Assembly: GCA_951406725.2 (NCBI GenBank)
Contig: OX597814.1
Location: 47,864,001 to 47,928,000, forward strand
Origin: Octopus vulgaris
Lineage: Eukaryota
Length of the DNA: 64,000 nucleotides
Reading direction: 5' to 3'
The stretch's first letter is position 1. The number at the start of each line of letters is the position of its first letter. Shown here piece by piece: positions 37,907 to 49,827 of the stretch. The position numbers and the translations under genes are program-made. The notes beneath the pieces are model-generated. The model searched no databases, was not told where the DNA came from, and saw nothing but the letters and a program-made list of their open reading frames with translations.

Positions 37907-39949
37907 ATGCTTTAATAGTAAAGCAACATACTTTCGGTTATAAATACATTTTACATGGTATTCAGGTATTCATTTAATGAAAATATATTTTATTGCACAT
38001 CTTGGAACTGTCAAATGCTTTAAAACCCCAATACCATCGCAAATAACAGAAAAATTATCAAGGGATAGGCCCCTGCAAGCCCAAACTACGATGAAGTTTC
38101 AAAGACCGATTTAAGCCGCTTCACACAAATTATTCGCTAATGCCTTTACGAAAGTCACGTATGTCTGCTTCCCGTTTCCTCATTATTTGCTTCCCGAATA
38201 TCTACATTTAAAAATTTATTTTTTTTTATAATTGATCTAAAAACATTGCAAGCGACATAAAACTGAGCTGAACTAATGTCACGGTCCGGTTTCAATTCCA
38301 GTCAAAACTATTTAATTTCTTCGATATCATTAATGAGATTGGGAAATGCATAAATATCATGTTTACTTTCTCTGCAAATTTAATCATTATTCTTCGTGAA
38401 ATCATTTGATGTTGCAAGTTACTATAGTGAACAACTTGATTTACTTACGCTGTAACTACAAAATTGGCTTATTTCAAAAACATATTGAGCAAAAACTAGA
38501 CGTCGGCACTTTATATACTGTTTTTAATAGACTTGCACAGTCACTCTTATACTGAAATAGCTAGCTATATGTTTATAGTATATTTGATATATAAGTATAT
38601 ACATATATGTAGCTAATTTGTGTAAAAAAAAAAGAAAACTGACTTCCTAAATAGCATACTCGTATTTCGACTGAAAATAATAAATGTCTTGTGAAAAAAC
38701 TAGCTAAATATCCACTTTAACCTTGATGCAATCTTCTGAAAAGCATTTTTGGCGTAGTTGCTGAGGTAATGATTAAAGGTCAAATAAAATAGTTTATTCA
38801 TTTGAAATAAAGGTTTGTCAAGCGATGTTATGAAATTTTAACGTCTGACAAAGTAATTGTATTGCAAAAGCGAGAGAACTCTAGAGATGGATGTGAAAGC
38901 GAACATGAGCTTTCAGATTAGAATCTATTTAGATCTTCCCCCATCCCCACCAGGGCACCTACTTCACTGTACTGAATTTCTTTTTTTGTGCTATAGTTTG
39001 AGCATATGAAGCTCTATCGTGAGATTTTAAAATTATATTTAGTGTTGACATCGCAACACCCATGCGTCAAAATTGGTCGAATTAAAGTAACTAAACAAGC
39101 CTCGGGAAGAATAGATCCCTTTCAATCGAAACTTCTTGTTAGACAGTAGGTATAAAAGATATTTTTTGCGCTGTTAGATAACTTCAAAAATTCTAGATAT
39201 ATATCATATACAAGAACAGATAAATTCAGAGAAGTACAAAAGTTAAAGTACAAAATAATTTTTTTTTTAAACTTTGTCTTTCGACTTCATACGCTACATT
39301 TGCACCTTGAAAACTGTGAATAATACTACAAATACTTATTAAATTCAAATCAAATATAATTGTATATGATATTTAAAAAATGCCCTCCTCAAAGATATGA
39401 ATAGTTCATATTGGCCATATTGGCAATGTTTTCTATAAAGAATATATTGATCAAGATCAGTTGTTGTCATCGCGAAGAACTCAAAAACGCGCTTAATTGA
39501 ATTTTCGTTTTTTTTTTCTATGACATCCAAATTAAACAATTGCGAATGAAGAGTAATTAAATGCGATACATTTAATTATGTTTATATACGTTATGGATTC
39601 AATTCTGAAGTCGATCTTTGCCTTTTATTCTTCTAAGGTCAAAAAAGTAATATCGGCAGCACCTTTCTCCCAAAACCTGTGATATTGTAACCGAATTAGA
39701 TTAATGACTTGCATAACTACTACTCTCAGTTCATTAAAGTGTGTTTCATTGATTCTGGTGATTGTTAATGTTCACTAAGGGTAAGCGGTAGTATTCCAGT
39801 GTCACGTTAAGACTGTATTTGTGATAAGCTATATCATATTCTGTGTTAAATGACTTGTAAAACTACTTTGTAGGCAAAATTTTGTTACCGGTCGTGTGAC
39901 ATGTCTTTCTGTTGCTTGTTTCTTTGTCCAAACTGCAGTCGTGAGTCAA

Positions 39950-41460
39950 GCACTGATCGAAGCTGGACGTTTAGCATATCGAATATCATCAGGTGCTCAG
40001 TAAATTTTACCAGCTAGACATTTTGGTTTGTAGAAAGTCAACCCTCGCAATCTATCGAGAGTTGATGGAGGTTATGTTTGACAATGGCTCGTCATCGGCG
40101 AGGACAGACTGAGCTGTTTCTTCTAAAAGACTTTTATATCGGTCCTTTGACTAGCAGTGCTACAGAAGAGCCCTGTCTGTTCAGCGTATGGCTGTGTTGA
40201 AGCCGCCAGTAAACGAACCTCTCCTGTATACTCTGATCGGTAAAACGTCGGGTACATACTCATTTAGTGTCTGCATATTGCTGATATGTGGATATCGAAC
40301 AACTTCTGTTACATGCTTGACGGATCCAGCTATCAGCCAATAGGATAAAATCGTTGCTTTCTTTTGGCAAGGAAAAGCGAGTAGTCTTTCCCTGTCCTGA
40401 GGATTTGGCAAAGGAAGTCGTACTGTGGGTGCGACTGACAAGTTCACTCGAACTAGCTCTGCCACTCTGATCCATCTTTCATCAATTTTGCTTGATGGCA
40501 CCACATCCTTTTCCACACATATTTTCCTTTTCAAGAGAAACTTGAATAGTGCTGATACAGGATTGGTCACTACACAATCTGTTTTACGAAAGCCACCAGG
40601 CTGGTAAAAACTACCTATACTTCTCAGTCAAAAGAAGGCGGTGAGACGATCTTTGCAATGGACTCGGCTTATAGCTGGATCCGTCCTACACGTGACAGCA
40701 GGTGTTCGATATAACTCCACAAGTCAGTAATTCTCGAACACTGAACGATTGCGTGCAGAACATTTTCGTTACTCTACCTGCATCTCGGGCACCTCCGTAA
40801 CTGTAGAGTTGATCTCGAAACGGTAGCACGCTGGTAGCACTGCCATTCCAGAGATCTCTAGAAATTATCCTTAGGCCCTAATCCGAAAGTCCTCTGGAAA
40901 AGACCGGTCAGTTGATGTTCATTGACGCCAAGAGTTTCCCCGAGGATGTCCTCAATCTTATCCACCATTATTCCTGTGCAGAACGCCATATTGGAGCATT
41001 CACGAACAGCATTGCCCAACTAGCTGACTGCTGTGAGCGCTTGACGATAAGGTGCCAGGTGCCTTCTCGATTGATACAGTTCTGCAACTCTGTCAAAGAC
41101 ACGAGATGTGGAAAAGCACATCTGGCAAACAGTAACCATACCTTCTCGCCGTCAAGATGCTGGAGATGTCGCAGGCTCAGTGCATGTCTGTGACTCACCT
41201 GGCACGGTTTACCCATTCCTCCATTCATCAGGTATGACAGCAAATGGACCGTCTGACCAGCGGTACAGGTCTCTTCCACAGAAAGCGGAAGAGTAGGTAC
41301 TCTAGTCCGTTGAAGCACGACGGTCAGGCGATAATGTATTACGGAGCCAATATAAGCGTTCGCTGCCTCTGTTCGACCTTTCAGGGATAGCTTTTTCTTG
41401 GCTCATTTCTGGCCGAGATTGGTCACCTCGCCCCAGTTATTCTCTACTTAGAGGACTCTG
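39950..41460 (-). mobile_element. Tx1/L1-clade LINE ORF2 C-terminal remnant
   Basis: LSLKGRTEAANAYIGSVIHYRL, NGGMG...HALSLRHL and zf-RVT-like CPRCR..ENVLHAIVQC. A second, opposite-strand homologous fragment lies at about 40230-40350. Confidence 0.72.
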
Positions 41461-42310
41461 TAGGAGTCATGATGACGGTGTTGGTAGTATTGATGTTGTT
41501 ATAGTTGTCGGAGATGGTGTTGGTGTGTCATTGTTGGTAGATGTTTCTTCCGTCCGTTAGCACCTCCCAGCTATTTTTGTCAACGGGTTTTTTCTCTTTC
41601 CCTTTTTTCTTTGTTTGTTGTTACCATTTCCTTTCATCTCAGTCACATTCGCTACATGTCTGAGTGGTACCAAGTAGGAAGGTGCATGCTTTTGGGGTCA
41701 TTATCTCTTTATCCTGCTGCTGCTGTTACTGGTGGTGGTCGTAGTGGTGGTGGTGGTGGTGGTGGTGGTGGTGACAGGGCTTTTAGTTACTGTTGATGTT
41801 GGTGATGTGGCAGCTCTTGAGAGCGGTGTTTATTTTTTTGTTTTTGTTTGCTTTTGTTTTATTGGTGATCTTGTTTCTCTTGTTGCTACTGCTGCAGTGG
41901 CTGATCTCGGCTACTAGTTTTAGCGTTGCTGTTGCTGTCATTGTTGCTGTTGTAGCGGCGCTATGCTATTGGTACAGCCGCTGTTTATACTGTTTATGTT
42001 GTTGTGGTGGTGAAGGTGTCGGTAGAAGTAGAAAGTCTTTTTTTTCTTTTTTGCTGTGGATAGAAAGCCTTGAGATAGGTTGTATCCCCATACGACATCT
42101 TGCCTTTCTGTCCTCATCGGCCTGGTACGGTTCGTGCCGCCTGGTAGATTGATCACGTCTGGAATGGGTTTCATACTTTCTTGATCCAAGTGGAACAATA
42201 ACCCTACTCCTTAACCCGGTCAATTTCGTTTCTGCAACCGCTAGACATGAAAAATGTTAGTTTTGTCCTCTATGTCGAATTTTCACCCCCTTGTAACGTA
42301 TGTTTCGGTG

Positions 42311-42464
42311 CACTAGCGTAGCTAGAGTGTGTACCAGCCGGGGCGGCCCTTCCGTTAGCCGCCCCCAGACCCACAAAAAACACATTGCCTACGGTAGACC
42401 CCAAAGTGGTCCCCCTTTAAAAATGCCGCCCTAGACGGACCGCCCTTCCCCAGCTACGCTAGTG
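42311..42464. mobile_element. Small GC-rich hAT-like MITE
   Basis: TIR CACTAGCGTAGCT / AGCTACGCTAGTG. 8-bp TSD TTTCGGT(G/A). Confidence 0.8.
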
Positions 42465-42518
42465 TTTCGGTACCTCAAATCGGTCCAACGCACTTTTCTA
42501 TTTGCGGTTATGTCGCTT

Positions 42519-42750
42519 AAGGCGGCGAGCTGGCAGAAACGTTAGCACGCCGGGCGAAATGCTTAGTGGTATTTCGTCTGCGTTACGTTGTGAGTTCAAA
42601 TTCTGCCGAGGTTGACTTTGCCTTTCATCCTTTCGGGGTCGATAAATTAAGTACCAGTTACGCACTGGAGTCGATGTAATCGACTTAATACCTATGTCTG
42701 TCCTTGTTTGTCCCCTCTGTGTTTAGCCCCTTGTGGGTAATAAAGAAATA
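42519..42750 (+). mobile_element. SINE family B monomer
   Basis: 13-bp TSD GGTTATGTCGCTT at 42506-42518 and 42751-42763. Confidence 0.92.
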
Positions 42751-43380
42751 GGTTATGTCGCTTGTTCTATTTTCCGGCTTTTTCTTCCTAGTTTCTTGCC
42801 GAATGGATTCTCAAATGTTTAATAATGTTTCGGCGGCCAGACCTCTTAAGGAAGTTTTCGGCATTTTTTTTTCTTCCAATTATTGAAACGTTAATATTAT
42901 TACTTCCTCGAATCGCACGGGCTTACTATCCTCGTAACTTTGGACTTGTTAAATATGGTGTCTTGATTTTTATTTGTGATGCAGTTAATAGTGGTATTGA
43001 TTGCGAAAGTGAAATTTTCAGGCATGTTGAATTCGACAAATCGGTTGTTTTGATCGGCACTGGTGGAGGTAATAGTGGTAGTTTTGCTTTCACACGTCTT
43101 TTAATTTGTGCTATTATCGGTGTTATTGTTGTTGACAGTGATATTGTTGTTCATTCATTCTCAGCACACAGTAGTGAGAAATTAGCATTGTATTTACTGT
43201 CGGAACAGTTAACTTCCCCTTGGATTATTGAAGCCATAACATTTTTTGCTTGTTTGTTTTTCTGACTTCGTCATTCAAAGGTTTCAAAATTTGCTCCCAA
43301 GGGCCGAAAATTTCACAAATCTAGCAAGCTTCAGACGATACTGGTTGACTTAAAAACGATGTCTTTCAATTGCAAACACG

Positions 43381-43441
<61 letters not shown>

Positions 43442-43455
43442 CAGCAGCAGCAGCA
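43381..43455. repeat. (TAG)n(CAG)n microsatellite
   Basis: Direct reading. Confidence 0.95.
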
Positions 43456-43603
43456 AATTTTGGTAAAAGGCCAGCAAATTTAAAGGAAGAGGTTAGGTCG
43501 ATTACATCGAATCTCGGCACTTAACTGGTACTTATTTTATCGATCCCGAAATGTTGCAAAGCATTTTGTCAGTCGTGTTAACGATTCTGCTAGCTCACCG
43601 CCT

Positions 43604-43604
<1 letters not shown>
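43456..43604 (-). mobile_element. SINE B, internally deleted
   Basis: AACTGGTACTTATTTTATCGA and GCTCACCGCCTT ends. Confidence 0.7.
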
Positions 43605-43607
<3 letters not shown>

Positions 43608-43672
<65 letters not shown>

Positions 43673-43695
43673 GTAAAGATGATGATGATGATGAT
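43608..43695. repeat. (TAA)n/(GAT)n microsatellite
   Basis: Direct reading. Confidence 0.95.
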
Positions 43696-43810
43696 AATTT
43701 TCACATGATAATAGCAACAACTATGCTGCTTTAATAATTTTTATATTGGCAAATTGCTGTTGATGGAGAAATTTTATAACTATATTTTTATCAAAATGTC
43801 ATAATACTAT

Positions 43811-43873
43811 ATAAACTTAGATAAACTTAGATATGTTTCGACCAAAGATTGGTCCAGGCCATGTCTAACTTAA
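43811..43873 (-). repeat. Second copy of the short stem-loop element at 28029
   Basis: Reverse complement TTAAGTTAGACATGGCCTGGACCAATCTTTGGTCGAAACATATCTAAGT. Confidence 0.75.
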
Positions 43874-44617
43874 TAGCACCACCTGATAGGATTATTCGAA
43901 TCCTGTTTAAGTCAAGTTTTGTTTAAGTCAATTTAATTTCTTCGTAAATTTTATATCATTGTGAAATTTTTTGTTGTGGTTAGTGTTGTTAGCAATGTAG
44001 CAGTAGTTATCAAGGTATAAGAAACATTTCCGAAAATTATGTATATTTATATCGATACCCGATAAGATTAAGGAATATTTTAGGTACATACATATATGAC
44101 CTTTCATGGGTTTTGCAATAAAGTTCAATCTATAGATAGCCACTACCCTCGATTTTTTTTTTAAGGACCACACATGTTGACTTATTAGAAAAAAGCGTTG
44201 GCATGAAGATAATATTATCAAGAGTTACTTCCTAGATAGCTGGCTTATCTGCAGCTGACATGCACAGCTGGCTGTGAAAATGTTTCCAGACATACGAAAA
44301 GAAGTTATTTTAGCTTTGGAACTACAAAAAGAAAGAAATAACTGATTAGTTCAAAGAGTGGCCAACATGCATCATTTCTATGAAGCAGCTGTTAAGCGGC
44401 AATAACCTATAGGCTGATTGATGTTGTTTTGTCGTTGCAACTAACTTGTAAAGAAAAGCAGACGTTTGAGATTTTTTTTTTTTTAATCTCGCTTTTACTC
44501 GTCGATCGCATTTCAGAAAAAGCATATTCATACCGATGGAAAAAAAAGAAACATTTAAAATTAATATAAATGCTGTTGTCCGTACCTGGAGTTAAATACA
44601 ATATACGTGTATATCTA

Positions 44618-45407
44618 CACGTAGTCTGATCAATAAGTATCCGGACTGTTGCTATAGTAACGAATCTAAAGCACACAGAGTGAAACCGCTTGGCGCAGAT
44701 TGACCATGAACGCTGCTGGGCATGCGCACTAAGTTTTACCGTTCTAGCTCACTTCCGCTGTTTACAACAGTGCTTGGAAGGAAGCTGCTCAGAAACCTTC
44801 GCAAAGTTTTCAAGAAGTTTTCATCGTTCTCGACACTCAAGATCTTGTGCAACTGAAACCCGAGTGCTCTTTTGGTCAGCTAAAAGCAGTTTGGGCACAA
44901 ACTCGGCAGACGTGCGTCTCACACCCAAATCTTCAGTGATAATGGACTGAACGGAACCGTAAATAATCTGCACATCCTCTGATAACTCACTGATGGTAAT
45001 TCGACAATTTCCCCTCACAGCTTCACGTACATTTGTGATGTTTTTCTCAGTTCTGCTGGTTGCGGGTTTCTCAGAAAGTTCGTCGATATATACATTTTTT
45101 CGGCCATCTTGGAAACGTTTGAACAACTTGTGCACTTGTGTGCGGCTCATACACTCCTCTCCATACATTTTCTGCAACTTTGCGTAGGCCTCTGAGCAGG
45201 TATCGCCATCACAACTTTCTCTGTCATGGCCAATGCGACAGTCACACGCTACACACCTTCCTTCCAAGCACTGCTGTAAACAGTGGAAATGAGCTAGAAC
45301 GTTAAAATTTTGTATGCATGCACAGCAGAGTTCAAGCGGCTTCACTCTGCGTGCCTTAGCTTCGTTACTATAGCAACAGTTAGGATATTTATTAATCAGA
45401 CCTCTTA
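44618..45407 (-). mobile_element. Non-autonomous mariner derivative with long inverted termini and an N-terminal transposase remnant
   Basis: TIR GTCTGATCAATAAGTATCC...GTTGCTATAGTAACGAA inverted at 45361-45407, with inverted homology extending about 150-170 bp. HTH YGEECMSRTQV..FKRFQDGR and FVPKLL (WVPxxL motif). Catalytic domain absent. Confidence 0.88.
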
Positions 45408-45455
45408 TATGCATATTCCATAGAAGCATACTATACACACACACACATAGTTGAA

Positions 45456-45488
<33 letters not shown>

Positions 45489-45548
45489 CACACATATATA
45501 CGTGTATACATACATACATACACACACATATATACGTGTATACATACA

Positions 45549-45580
<32 letters not shown>

Positions 45581-45584
45581 AATA

Positions 45585-46434
45585 TTGCGTTCTTGTCCCA
45601 TTTTGTATTTTTATATATAATTTTTATGCATATATTATTGCGGCGTAACGTACACCTTGTTCTCTTATGTATGTAAACATTCCACTATTGTACGACTTCT
45701 ACACACACTTTCTCTATACTTCACTAGTCTCTGTCTTTCTCTTTTATTACCTCTGATTCTTTGGTCTCCTCTTCCCCCACTCTCTCACACTTCTCTGTCT
45801 TTCTCACTTTGCACCTCTTATTCTGTTGCCAAGCCAATCCTTGGCGCGCTCTGTTTCTTCTCCCCTCTTTAATTCCTTCTTTCTCCCCCCCCCTTGGTGC
45901 CTTTGTCCCTCTTTTACTCTCTCTCTTTGATTCCTTTGCCCCCTGTTTTTCTCTCTCTTCTTCTCTCCTCTCACGTGACCGCTGGTCGACTAGCCTTTCG
46001 GCCTTTGACCGCCGCCACGACAACACCGTTTTCTTCGTCTGCCGCAAAGGCATTTATTTCCAAATACGCCAGCTAAGATAAGTTAAACTGTCTAAAGTCG
46101 TAAGACACCCGTTGTTTTTGTCCTGTTATTACTAGTCTTGTTTTTTATTTTTATTTTTGTTTTTTGTATTTATATTCGTGTGGCATCGTCCGTTTTTCTG
46201 TCGTTGTTTCGTATACATTCGATCCTTTTTCCAAGAAATCTAATGCTCGTAGCTTAGTTTTTCCTTGGGCTGGTCGGATCGGAGCGATCTCAGGATTAAT
46301 CAGCCGAAATTGCGAGGATGATCCGGTTCCTGACTGAAGATTAGAGGCTTCGAATGACCCGTCCGTTTTTTGTGTCGTCTCTTTGTGTGTTTTGCGTTCT
46401 TGTCCCATTTTGTATTTTTATATATAATTTTTAT
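45585..46434. mobile_element. Unclassified repeat bounded by a 43-bp direct repeat (possible Penelope-type partial tandem)
   Basis: TTGCGTTCTTGTCCCATTTTGTATTTTTATATATAATTTTTAT identical at 45585-45627 and 46392-46434. Inserted in a microsatellite. Confidence 0.55.
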
Positions 46435-46565
46435 ACATACATATATATATATATATGTGCGCGTCTGTGTGCGTGTGTGTATTATATTATACTCACACAC
46501 ATATAGACCACATCTACAGACACATACAACCAACACAGAAAGTGCTGTAATACATTTACATCCAA

Positions 46566-46953
46566 AGGCGGCGAGTTGGCAGAAACGTTAGCATGCCGGG
46601 CGAAATGCTTTGCGGTATTTCGTTTGCCGTCACGTTCTGAGTTCAAATTCCGCCGAGGTCGACTTTGTCTTTCATCCTTTCGGGGTCGATTAAATAAGTA
46701 CCAGTTACGCACTGGGGTCGATGTAATCGACTTAATCCGTTTGTCTGTCCTTGTTTGTGCTCTCTGTGTTTAGCCCCTTGTGGGTAGGAAAGAAATAGGT
46801 ATTTCGTCTGTCTTTACGGTCCGAGTTCAAATTCCGCCGAGGTCGGCTTTGCCTTTCATCCTTTCGGGGTCGATAAATTAAGTACCAGTTGCGTACTGGG
46901 ATCGATCTAATCCCTCCCCTAAAATTTCGGGCCTTGTGCCTATTGTAGAAAAG
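46566..46953 (+). mobile_element. SINE family B dimer
   Basis: Two units. 17-bp TSD AATACAT(T/G)TACATCCAA at 46549-46565 and 46954-46970. Confidence 0.92.
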
Positions 46954-47978
46954 AATACATGTACATCCAACACCATAACAACAAATGCACTATACATAAA
47001 CATTAATGACCAAAATATTTGGTTTGTAACCGTTGCCCTTCAAAATTTAAGATGATGAGAAATAAAAAAAAGAGAAGACATTAAATATATGAAGAGATGA
47101 TTATGATTGAAACACTTTTGAATACAGGTTTACTCGATCAGGGCTGACCTAGAGCTAAGCAACGAAGACTATAACAAAACGCAAGAAAAACTCACTGTTA
47201 GCGAGCAGATGGTGAACACTTTGAACGATAAAGTCAACCACAAGAACATAAACGATCTTAATACAAGTATGCTTTGATAATTTAGAAAGGGGAGTTGGTG
47301 AGGAAGATTAATTCTAACTAGTAATCCTATTATACAGTGTGAGATTAAAAGATTTAGTTGTAAAACGAAGGTTTAAAATTCTAGTATTTATCTTTGTAGG
47401 TCAGCTATTGATTTGTGGGATTTTGTAAAATAAATGAACCACGAGTAATTTCTTTCCAAAGTTACAAAGCTTGACCGGTAAGTTCAGTGTCACATCTATA
47501 ATACTAGTAGTTTAGTTAGTATTAACATATACCGAACGTAGCGAGCATATCTAATTAGAAATACTTGTGTCGTGAGGAAAAGATAGCTCAATGACTAATA
47601 TAATTTTAATCAGTTCGAGAAGTAGGGGTTACAACTCTTGGCCTGTTTTGAATTTGTTAGAACCCCTCGGCGAAGAATAGACTTCCCCTAACTTGCTGAA
47701 GCAATTTTAATAAAACCATTAATTCGATGTGCAATATTGTATACGGGAAGCATATTTCACTGAGGTTAATTACTCAGAAACACAATCTGCATGACAAACA
47801 ATGGCCAAGTTCATGTTACTACATTTAATACCCATGGTATCAAACTTTTAATTAACTTCAAACGTTTATATGAAATATTTGTACACGAGGATTTAACATA
47901 TTTAAAATAGATCAATGAGGTTAATCAGTCAGGGACGCTATCCGCATAAAAAGAAAAGCAATAGTTAAGTTAGTTTTA

Positions 47979-48620
47979 GAATCTTTTCCTTTTGAACGGC
48001 AGATGTCAACACAATTTCTAGTTAACTAAACACTTTTAAACTTCGTATACTGGTAGAATGTGTTTATAAAACATCATTTTCTCTTTGTTTTATTGAGAAA
48101 ATTCTATAGTTTGTAAGATATTTCGTCTGAAAATCCGAGCATTTCGGCAATTTTAACCAATCGATTACCTCCATTCAACTAAAATCATTTGCTGCGTCTA
48201 AAACTGAGACAACTTCCTGTAACTAATCCTAAACCTCCCCCCTAACTCTAACCCTAATTTTTTTTTCTTAATTGTTAAATTAATTTAATTCCATTGCTTT
48301 AGTTTTTTTACACGCGTAACAATTAAATTAATTTAACAATTAAGAAAAAAAATTAGGGTTAGAGTTAGGGCTAGGGGGAGGTTTAGGGTTAGTTACAGGT
48401 TGTTGTCTCAGTTTTAGACGCAGCAAATGATTTTAGCTCAAAAGAGAGCATAGGATTGGTTAAAATTTGAAAAATTAAACTACGTTAAACAAGCAAATTA
48501 CAATTTTCTCAAGAAAGCCAAGAGAAAAAAATGTTTTATTTTGACACATTCTACCAGTATACGAAGTTTTAAAGTGTTTAGTTAACTAGAAATTGTCTGC
48601 CGTTCAAAAGGAAAAGATCC
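47979..48620. mobile_element. Foldback MITE of the GGATC/8-bp-TSD family with inverted telomere-like tracts
   Basis: TIR G(A/G)ATCTTTTCCTTTTGAACGGCAGA. TSD T(A/C)GTTTTA. Near-complete palindrome with CCCTAA at about 48222-48257 mirrored by TTAGGG at about 48353-48395. Confidence 0.88.
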
Positions 48621-49051
48621 TCGTTTTACCATATTTAATAAATATTGTGAGTATTAAAGATTTAATTACCTCAAAGATACATAAGACTATTTAAGTGGTT
48701 CAAATTATGCGCTTTATATTAAGTAAAATCCTTGCACTGTTTTAAATTAGCTGTGAGCTATACTAGTAGAGAAAAATAACATTTAACTCATGTTACTCAC
48801 ATGTCTTGCATTTAACAAGAGATTGGGTTTTAAATATTGTAGATCGAATACAAGTTTGTGTTTGAATTTTTTACTGCAAGTTATAACACGCCCTTTCAGA
48901 ATGAAATATTGAAATTTGCATACAGTATTAACACTCACACAAATATAATCTTTCACTGAAATTCCAAATCTAAACCGTATGTTTTAAATGTTGATTGTTT
49001 AAATATTAACTGGTAGGTTTGCCCTATAACTTCCGTTTAAAAACTGCATCT

Positions 49052-49290
49052 TTTTTCTTTTTATCTTTTTACTTGCTTCATCATTGGACTGCAGCCATGA
49101 CGGGGCAAAACCTTGAAGGGTTTGCTAGAACAAAATGACTTCACTAAGTATGTTCTTAAAGTCCGGTACTTATTCTATCGATTTTTTGTTAAACTGTTAA
49201 GTTACGGGGACGTAAACAAACAAACAGCTGGTGTCAAGCGTTGGCGGGAGACAAACACAAACACAAAGACACACACGCACACATATACTC
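49052..49290 (-). mobile_element. SINE A body/tail, diverged
   Basis: TACTTATTCTATCG and TAAGTTACGGGGACGTAAAC similarity. Confidence 0.7.
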
Positions 49291-49499
49291 ATATATCTTA
49301 ATTGTTAGATATTGTTTTCTGTTACAAGTATTATTTCCGTTATGATTTGGCTCTTCCGTCAGTATATGGTGATTCTTAGGATACAAATGTAGGCAATCCG
49401 TTTCTTTACAATGGCATTATGTTTGGATTTTATGTTTTCACTGGGTGCTTTTTTTTTTAAAGTAGGCATCTTGTAGTTATGTGTTCGGTAAATGTATCT

Positions 49500-49827
49500 A
49501 TCCCTCTCTCGTGGAAGCGCCATCCAACCAAAATGCAAATATATGGGAAACTACCACCTGTGTCATCTCTTGTGAAAGGTAGGAGAATCCAGTTTGCTGG
49601 ACATTGTTGTAGAGCTGAAAACGAGGTAATTTCTACTCTTCTCCTCTGGAAGCCATCTACTCGCAGTACCAGAGGGCACACACTCTCCTACCCTGATGTA
49701 ATCTCCAGGGATACAGGCATCCAGCAACAGGACCTCCGTAATGCCATGATGGACCGTGAAGTCTGGCGTAGCATGGTAAATTCCATTGTCTCGACCACGG
49801 TCGAACAATGATGATGATGATGATGAT
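49500..49827 (+). mobile_element. RTE-clade LINE 3' end (5'-truncated) with a (TGA)n tail
   Basis: Uninterrupted SWKRHPTK..IYG.LP.VS...RRIQFAGHC.R...LLLWKP...MMDREVWR, then a stop and (TGA)n. Confidence 0.85.

Larger units (their letters stand above)
41930..43375 (-). mobile_element. Probable ORF1/5' part of the same Tx1-like LINE, interrupted by a MITE and a SINE
   Basis: IPDVINLPGG...EDRKARC resembles the gag-like ORF1 region before the zinc knuckle. Same strand as, and upstream of, the ORF2 remnant. Confidence 0.4.

Noticed and set aside
42825-43265. 146-aa hydrophobic plus-strand ORF
   Set aside because: Probably the antisense shadow of an A-rich LINE ORF1 relic; no recognisable domain.
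46300-46365. CTGAAGA...TTCGAATG as a hammerhead
   Set aside because: No stem II pairing and no GAAA.
47250-47800. Possible very old RT remnant
   Set aside because: Only vague similarity to a QG..SP motif, which is insufficient.
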